In this document: positions 26,943 through 32,000 of the stretch, piece by piece
Position numbering within the stretch: the first letter of the stretch is position 1
Layout of the letters: each line of letters starts with the position of its first letter
Source of the DNA: Candidatus Thorarchaeota archaeon
GTDB taxonomy: Archaea; Asgardarchaeota; Heimdallarchaeia; Hodarchaeales; Hodarchaeaceae
NCBI GenBank assembly: GCA_048882505.1
Contig: JBHLRO010000017.1
Span: forward strand, 55,365 to 87,364
Length of the DNA stretch: 32,000 nt
Reading direction: 5' to 3'
The notes under the pieces: generated by a model
The model's input: the letters and a program-made list of their open reading frames with translations, nothing else
Database searches by the model: none
Told to the model about the DNA's origin: nothing
Program-made: the position numbers and the translations under genes

Positions 26943-28958
26943 ATGCAAATCTCTGAGATCAAGGAGTTAATGGAAAAGGGCAATTACGATCTAGCGCTCG
27001 CAGCACTTGATGAATTAGATGCTGAGGATGAACTGGAGGGATTAATCCTTAAAGGTAGAATATTAGAACGAAAAGGCGAAATTAGCCTCGCAGTTGAGAT
27101 TGCAGAACTGGCACTCCAAGAAACGGAAGCGAATGGTACTGACTTTCAAGTGTTGCAGGCTCTTATAAGTTTGTCCTATGCTCGTCTCCGTAAGAGAGGT
27201 TTGAGTGAATTATCGAAACTTCTGAAACGGGGAGAACAAAGGATCCAAGAGGTCAAAGATTTATCCAAGAACGCTTTAAAGCCATATCAAGCCTCTTTGG
27301 CTTATTTAAATGGCTGTGAAGAGTACCTTAATGGAGATATCCATTCTTCAATTGAATACCTTGATAAAAGCTTAATTCTCAGACAAGCACTTCCAAGTAG
27401 GCATGATATCGTAGAAACTATGACCGCCCTTGGATTTGTGCACATTTACGGAACCGGGAAAGCCAACCTGGCACTGGATTACTTCACGCAAAGCTTGTTC
27501 ATTAGCGAAGAGCTGGGAAATTCCACAGCGATTGCCCATTCTTTGAATAGACTCGGAGTCTACTATCACGAAACTAGGAAATATGATGAAGCTCTATCGC
27601 ATTTCGAAAAGAGTCTTGCTATTTATCAAGAATTAGATAACCCAGTATGGATTGCTGGTTTAAGCAACAATATTTCGTTAATTTATCGTGTAAAAGAGAA
27701 TTATGATTTAGCATTGAATTATTTGGAAAAAGCTCTGGCCTCCCATGAAAGACTTGGAGACGAAGGAGGATTGGGCATCGTTCTTGCAAACATAGGTTTT
27801 ATTTATGGATTTAAAGGAGATACTGCTACTGCCATAACCTATCTACAACGGAGTCTAGATGTTCGAGAAAAAAGCGGTCAGAAGCTGGCAACAGCATGGA
27901 GCTTATTATATCTAGCAGACGCGCATGTTCTTTGGTCAGCAGATCTTGGGCTAGCTCTTGATTACACAAACAAGAGTATAGCTATATGTGAAGAAACAGG
28001 CAGTGATCTAGGTAAAGCTTGGGCGTTTAACAAGCTGTCAATTATTTATAATTTGCAGGGCGAACTGGAACTCGCATTAGATAAGGTTCAGGCCGCACAA
28101 ACCATTTTCACTAGAATCGATCACAAAGGCGGAATCGCTGATAGCTATGCCATATTGGGCTTAATCCATAGAAATCTTGGAAAATTTGACCTAGCAATGA
28201 AGAATTTAGAATCCAGTGCCAAACTTATGAAGGAAATAACTGTTGGGGCCAATTTAGCTCTTTGGTTATCTTTCTTCTTGATCCATCTAGTCCTCATTGC
28301 CCAAAATCTTGATGATATTATCTTAGGGCAAAAGTACTTGATACAATTGAAAGAACTGCAACAAGAGAGCCAAAGTAAGTATGTCGATCTTAGATCTCGA
28401 CTTGCAGAGGGTATCGTACTTAAGATGAGTGATCGTGCGGCCAAGAAGTTCCAAGCCCAACAGCTTTTTGAACAGATTGTTGACGGTGAAGTGTTGGATA
28501 TCAATTTAACAGTTCTGGCGATCTTGAATCTCTGTGAACTCCTAATTCTGGAAATGCAATACTCTAAAAAGCCAGAAGAGATGCTCAACCAAATAACCTC
28601 TCTCTCTCAGAAGTTTTCCCAAATCGCGGAAAGACAGCAATCATCAGCACTTATTGTGATGGCTCAACTCCTCGGTACGAAGTTATCCATGGTAAACCAA
28701 GACTTTGAAGAAGCAAGTCGTTTATTAAGCTCTGCCAAAGAACTAGCTAGTGAAAAGAAGTTGGGTTCCCTCCTCACACAGGTTAAATCAGAACAAGAGG
28801 CGGTCCAAGCTGAAATAGATAGGCTTGATGACTTAATTCTTCGTAAAACCTCAATACATGAACGAATAAAACGAGCTCGCGTGAGTAATTGGCTTGTAGA
28901 AGCCAAAAAGATTCAGGGTGCTTGGGTTCGTCCCTCCGCGGAATTATCCAACCAGTAA
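26943..28958 (+). CDS. Tetratricopeptide-repeat protein (MalT/Asgard-type TPR array with helical C-terminal domain)
   Basis: Repeated ~40-aa units such as AHSLNRLGVYYHETRKYDEALSHFEKSLAIYQEL and AGLSNNISLIYRVKENYDLALNYLEKALAS. Confidence 0.88.
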   Translation: MQISEIKELMEKGNYDLALAALDELDAEDELEGLILKGRILERKGEISLAVEIAELALQETEANGTDFQVLQALISLSYARLRKRGLSELSKLLKRGEQRIQEVKDLSKNALKPYQASLAYLNGCEEYLNGDIHSSIEYLDKSLILRQALPSRHDIVETMTALGFVHIYGTGKANLALDYFTQSLFISEELGNSTAIAHSLNRLGVYYHETRKYDEALSHFEKSLAIYQELDNPVWIAGLSNNISLIYRVKENYDLALNYLEKALASHERLGDEGGLGIVLANIGFIYGFKGDTATAITYLQRSLDVREKSGQKLATAWSLLYLADAHVLWSADLGLALDYTNKSIAICEETGSDLGKAWAFNKLSIIYNLQGELELALDKVQAAQTIFTRIDHKGGIADSYAILGLIHRNLGKFDLAMKNLESSAKLMKEITVGANLALWLSFFLIHLVLIAQNLDDIILGQKYLIQLKELQQESQSKYVDLRSRLAEGIVLKMSDRAAKKFQAQQLFEQIVDGEVLDINLTVLAILNLCELLILEMQYSKKPEEMLNQITSLSQKFSQIAERQQSSALIVMAQLLGTKLSMVNQDFEEASRLLSSAKELASEKKLGSLLTQVKSEQEAVQAEIDRLDDLILRKTSIHERIKRARVSNWLVEAKKIQGAWVRPSAELSNQ

Positions 28959-29029
28959 CGAGTCAAATATCCGCATCTATTCCAACAATACCGTTTCTTC
29001 TCTAGAAACTTCTGAAAGAAGGAGCCTTC

Positions 29030-29161
29030 TGGCACGATTTAATACTTCGTGAGGCTTCAGTCCATGAACTAATAGAGCAGGCTCGAGTTGGAGAATGGCT
29101 ACTCAAAGCTAAGAAGATTCCAGGCGCATAGGTAGGATCATCAACTGATTTGGTCGATCAG
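29030..29161 (+). pseudogene. Degenerate third copy of the TPR-protein C-terminus, with an internal stop
   Basis: WHDLILREASVHELIEQARVGEWLLKAKKIPGA*VGSSTDLVDQ; TAG at 29129 replaces the conserved Trp codon. Confidence 0.7.
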
Positions 29162-29180
29162 AAGAAGAATTCAAGCCGTA

Positions 29181-31142
29181 TCAATCACCAAAAATCGTTT
29201 CTACTAATCCACGTATCTCTTGATCATCGGAAAAGTCCATTTGGAATCGAGCTTCTCCAATCGTGTAATCTGGAAATGTTTCAGTCAGTTGGAGAAGTTG
29301 GATTCGCTGACCAACGGTAGCTTCGTCTCCATCTATAACTAGGGAAAAAATCAGCGGATCCCGATGACCTATCAAAACTAGAGTATCCTTATATCGAATT
29401 TCATGGAGTTCTTTTAATTCAAGCGATCGAGACATAGTATTGATGGCGGAAATTAATCCAGAGATCAACAATCTGTCAATTTTGATTACAGGATCAAAAT
29501 AGTAGACAAAAACGGGAAGTGAAGATTCTGAATCGAGTATAAGAAGGTAAAGGAGCTCGCTCTCCTTCTCATCAATTTGCCAACGACTTCGGTGAGCAAT
29601 ATGGAGGATCTGATTTAGGTAGTCAATTGCCCCCAGAGTATCCAGTTGAGAATTAGGGAGAAGGTTCAGATCAATGCTAGTAATTAACGATTCGTGCTCG
29701 GTAGAGAAGAATTCGATATCCTGACTGTTTTGGGTCTCTTTCATCAGCTTTGTTGCTTGCCGAGCATCTCCAGCCATCGCACTGGTGACAGCTTGCAATG
29801 CCTTGGAAATATAGGACCACCCTGTCAATGATTGGCCCTCAACGAGTACTCTCAATTCATCTGCCACGGTGGAAGCTTCTCGAATGATATGTTCGTCCTT
29901 ACGCCAGAAATAGATTTCGAGCCGTAAGATTATTATTTCCGCCAAGCATTCCAGATACTGATAAATATCTGTTTTTTTATAGAGCTCGGAAGCAGTGGAA
30001 AACAAGTCTAGGGCCAAAGCGAAGTTACAAGCGTGTTTTTCAATGGTGGCGGAAACACGAAAGAACTCGGGTTCACGGCCGCCCTCGAATTTAATCCAAT
30101 CTGCTGCCATTCCTTTTGCGAGGATGTCCCGCGCAGCGTCGATATCTCCTTTTGCTGCCAAAAACTCCGTAAAGAGGTAAACACCTTCTCGTGATGGAAT
30201 TTTATTCTTCTCAAACAGCTTATATGCAGATTCGGCGTGACCAACAGCGTCGTTTAGATTACCAATGTCGTAGGAGAGATTTGCCAGGCTATTCTCTAAA
30301 CGATATAACTGGAGAGGTTCGACATCTCCTTCAAGCTCTTTTTGCTTTCTCAAAAACCGTATGAGAATGGCATAAGATTCCTGGTACTTCCTTTCCTTGT
30401 AATAAGATTCTCCAAGCTGTTCACTCGATTGAAATATAAAACTGAAGTTGGAAAAAACCTCAAATTTCTCCAATGATCGTATCAGATAATCCTGACTTTT
30501 AGAGAGATCTCCCCATTGATTATGCCAGGAACCGATAGCTAGTTCAAATAAACCGGTAAAAAATCTATTATCGCTAAAGATTGGATTATTTAGCTGTTTT
30601 TTGGCTTCGTCCTTCCAGATGGTTGCATCTTTACGATTTTGACTCTGCTCATAAGCGGAGAGGAGTAAGAATACCAACAAAGATGAGAACAATGGATCTT
30701 CTTCTATCATTTCCGGAGAAAGATTGGACAACAGACCGATAACGCGCGAATACCTGCCCTCTTGCCATTCAAGCCAAGAATATGCCACCAAGAGTTCCTT
30801 GGTTGATATCATGGTTTTATCGGACTGAACAGTTGGTAATTCTTGGCCAGCCGTTGCTGAGAGAAGATAAGCTAATTTGAGATTGTTTTCAAACATCCAG
30901 AGGGAAATTTCATTCAAAATCGATTTTATCAGCCTTCTATTTCCAGTCAAAAATGCAGACTCTGCTAGAAAACTAGAAACCGCATCATTGGGCCCTAAAT
31001 TGCTTTGGTAAACATAGAATTTTGATATTAATTGCCCGAACGGGCGAGACTCACACCTATCATCTAGCCAGTCTTTGAGGGGAGTAGGAAGGATTAGATA
31101 TTGCTGGGTAAGTTCTGGGTATATATCTGGAAATCGTTTCAT
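29181..31142 (-). CDS. TPR/helical-repeat protein with C-terminal longin/roadblock-like domain
   Basis: TPR-like units (LGESYYKERKYQESYAIL; LANLSYDIGNLNDAVGHAESAYKL). C-terminal YLLILDSESSLPVFVYYF...RLLISGLISAINTMSRSL...LHEIRYKDTLVLIGHRDPLIFSLVID has the beta-beta-alpha-beta-beta-beta-alpha longin-like pattern. Confidence 0.7.
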   Translation of the reverse strand: MKRFPDIYPELTQQYLILPTPLKDWLDDRCESRPFGQLISKFYVYQSNLGPNDAVSSFLAESAFLTGNRRLIKSILNEISLWMFENNLKLAYLLSATAGQELPTVQSDKTMISTKELLVAYSWLEWQEGRYSRVIGLLSNLSPEMIEEDPLFSSLLVFLLLSAYEQSQNRKDATIWKDEAKKQLNNPIFSDNRFFTGLFELAIGSWHNQWGDLSKSQDYLIRSLEKFEVFSNFSFIFQSSEQLGESYYKERKYQESYAILIRFLRKQKELEGDVEPLQLYRLENSLANLSYDIGNLNDAVGHAESAYKLFEKNKIPSREGVYLFTEFLAAKGDIDAARDILAKGMAADWIKFEGGREPEFFRVSATIEKHACNFALALDLFSTASELYKKTDIYQYLECLAEIIILRLEIYFWRKDEHIIREASTVADELRVLVEGQSLTGWSYISKALQAVTSAMAGDARQATKLMKETQNSQDIEFFSTEHESLITSIDLNLLPNSQLDTLGAIDYLNQILHIAHRSRWQIDEKESELLYLLILDSESSLPVFVYYFDPVIKIDRLLISGLISAINTMSRSLELKELHEIRYKDTLVLIGHRDPLIFSLVIDGDEATVGQRIQLLQLTETFPDYTIGEARFQMDFSDDQEIRGLVETIFGD

Positions 31143-31212
31143 CTCAATATCCCGAAGAACTGCGTTCAGTTTAGGTTATCCATTCTGCATTAACGTCAGG
31201 GCACAACTAACC

Positions 31213-31632
31213 CTATAGTCTCATAACCATTACGATAGCACTACCATCCAGAACCACTATGCCATCTTGGTTTGTGCATGTGGTTTTCAAGGTGATTCGT
31301 GCCTTTTCATCATTTTTATCCTGGACTTTAACCCTGGTGGTGATCGTATCTCCGATTCGGACTGGTTTTAGAAAGTTAACTTCTTGTTTTAGGTATACAC
31401 TCCCCGCCCCAGGCAATTTCATCGCTAATACGGTTGAGATGAAAGAAGCTGAAAGCATACCGTGTGCTATTCTGCCTTTGAAGAAAGTTGTTTTGGCAAA
31501 GCTTTCATCCATATGGAGAGGATTATGATCCCCGCTTACTTCTGCAAACCTTTGGATATCATTTTCTGTGATTGTTCTTATATAATCAGCACTCTGGCCT
31601 ATCTGAATCTCGTCGTACGTCAGTTTTTTCAT
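31213..31632 (-). CDS. MaoC-family (R)-specific enoyl-CoA hydratase/dehydratase
   Basis: RFAEVSGDHNPLHMD...GRIAHGML hydratase-2 motif and FLKPVRIGDTI; hot-dog fold size. Confidence 0.92.
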   Translation of the reverse strand: MKKLTYDEIQIGQSADYIRTITENDIQRFAEVSGDHNPLHMDESFAKTTFFKGRIAHGMLSASFISTVLAMKLPGAGSVYLKQEVNFLKPVRIGDTITTRVKVQDKNDEKARITLKTTCTNQDGIVVLDGSAIVMVMRL

Positions 31633-31664
31633 AAAACCAGCTCATGTTTGAATACTTGTCTTCA

Positions 31665-32000
31665 TTACCTTTCAGATTGTTTGGGGGGCCAATCACCTAT
31701 GGATTGTCGAATTGTGACCATCTGACCAAGATGATATGACATGTGTTGCAGGAGGGCAGCAAACAGCTGTATGGTGGACAATTCAGGTTTTCCGATAGGG
31801 ATTTGAGCAAAATCTACCATGTTTAATAGTTCCTTAGTTTCATCAAACCTGGTGCGGAACCTGGTTAGTAAGGTTTCGAATTCAGAATTGTTTTCCATAT
31901 CCTCTTGTTTAGGCCAGTTTATGGTTTCTTCAACCTCACCCCAATTGGGACTCTCACCTTTGATATGCTCAAGGAAAGTATCGTGCCATACAATTGTATG
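31665..32000 (-). CDS. DinB/YfiT-like protein, 5'-truncated by the window edge (the 77-aa track ORF is only its C-terminal part)
   Basis: The frame stays open from 32000: HTIVWHDTFLEHIKG...QHMSYHLGQMVTIRQ. Same motifs as 2316..2813. Confidence 0.75.
   Translation of the reverse strand, partial: HTIVWHDTFLEHIKGESPNWGEVEETINWPKQEDMENNSEFETLLTRFRTRFDETKELLNMVDFAQIPIGKPELSTIQLFAALLQHMSYHLGQMVTIRQSIGDWPPKQSER

Noticed and set aside
26658-29161. Diversity-generating retroelement template/variable repeats
   Set aside because: Mismatches are not adenine-specific and are largely synonymous, and there is no reverse transcriptase in the window.
31665-31898. Independent 77-aa protein
   Set aside because: The frame is open to the window edge and the upstream part carries DinB motifs, so this is a truncated longer gene.

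Overview
Gene-dense archaeal window, most consistent with an Asgard archaeon (Heimdallarchaeia/Hodarchaeales-like). This is inferred from longin-like domains, large TPR proteins, GGTGA-type Shine-Dalgarno sites, TATA-like boxes and oligo-T terminators. The left end holds a minus-strand pair (lysine 6-dehydrogenase/saccharopine dehydrogenase-family gene truncated by the edge, and an atypical ureohydrolase) and a DinB-family gene. The centre (3.3-19.2 kb) is a cell-surface locus. It encodes a 3380-aa single-pass protein (signal peptide, duplicated cassette-bearing domains, 17 cadherin-like repeats, TM helix, and a cytoplasmic tail resembling longin/uDENN domains of the folliculin/NPRL2 type), a membrane-tethered winged-helix regulator, a 1011-aa S-layer-like protein with a tripartite C-terminal anchor, and a divergently transcribed CPBP intramembrane protease. 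The right half holds HAD and LMW-PTP phosphatases, a small bis-His membrane protein, kynureninase, a 7-TM protein, a coiled-coil/wHTH protein, acyl-CoA dehydrogenase, a TPR gene flanked by two decayed copies of its own C-terminus, a TPR-longin protein, a MaoC dehydratase and a second DinB gene cut by the right edge. I saw no rRNA, tRNA, CRISPR array or transposase. All family calls come from motif recognition by eye; no database searches were run.
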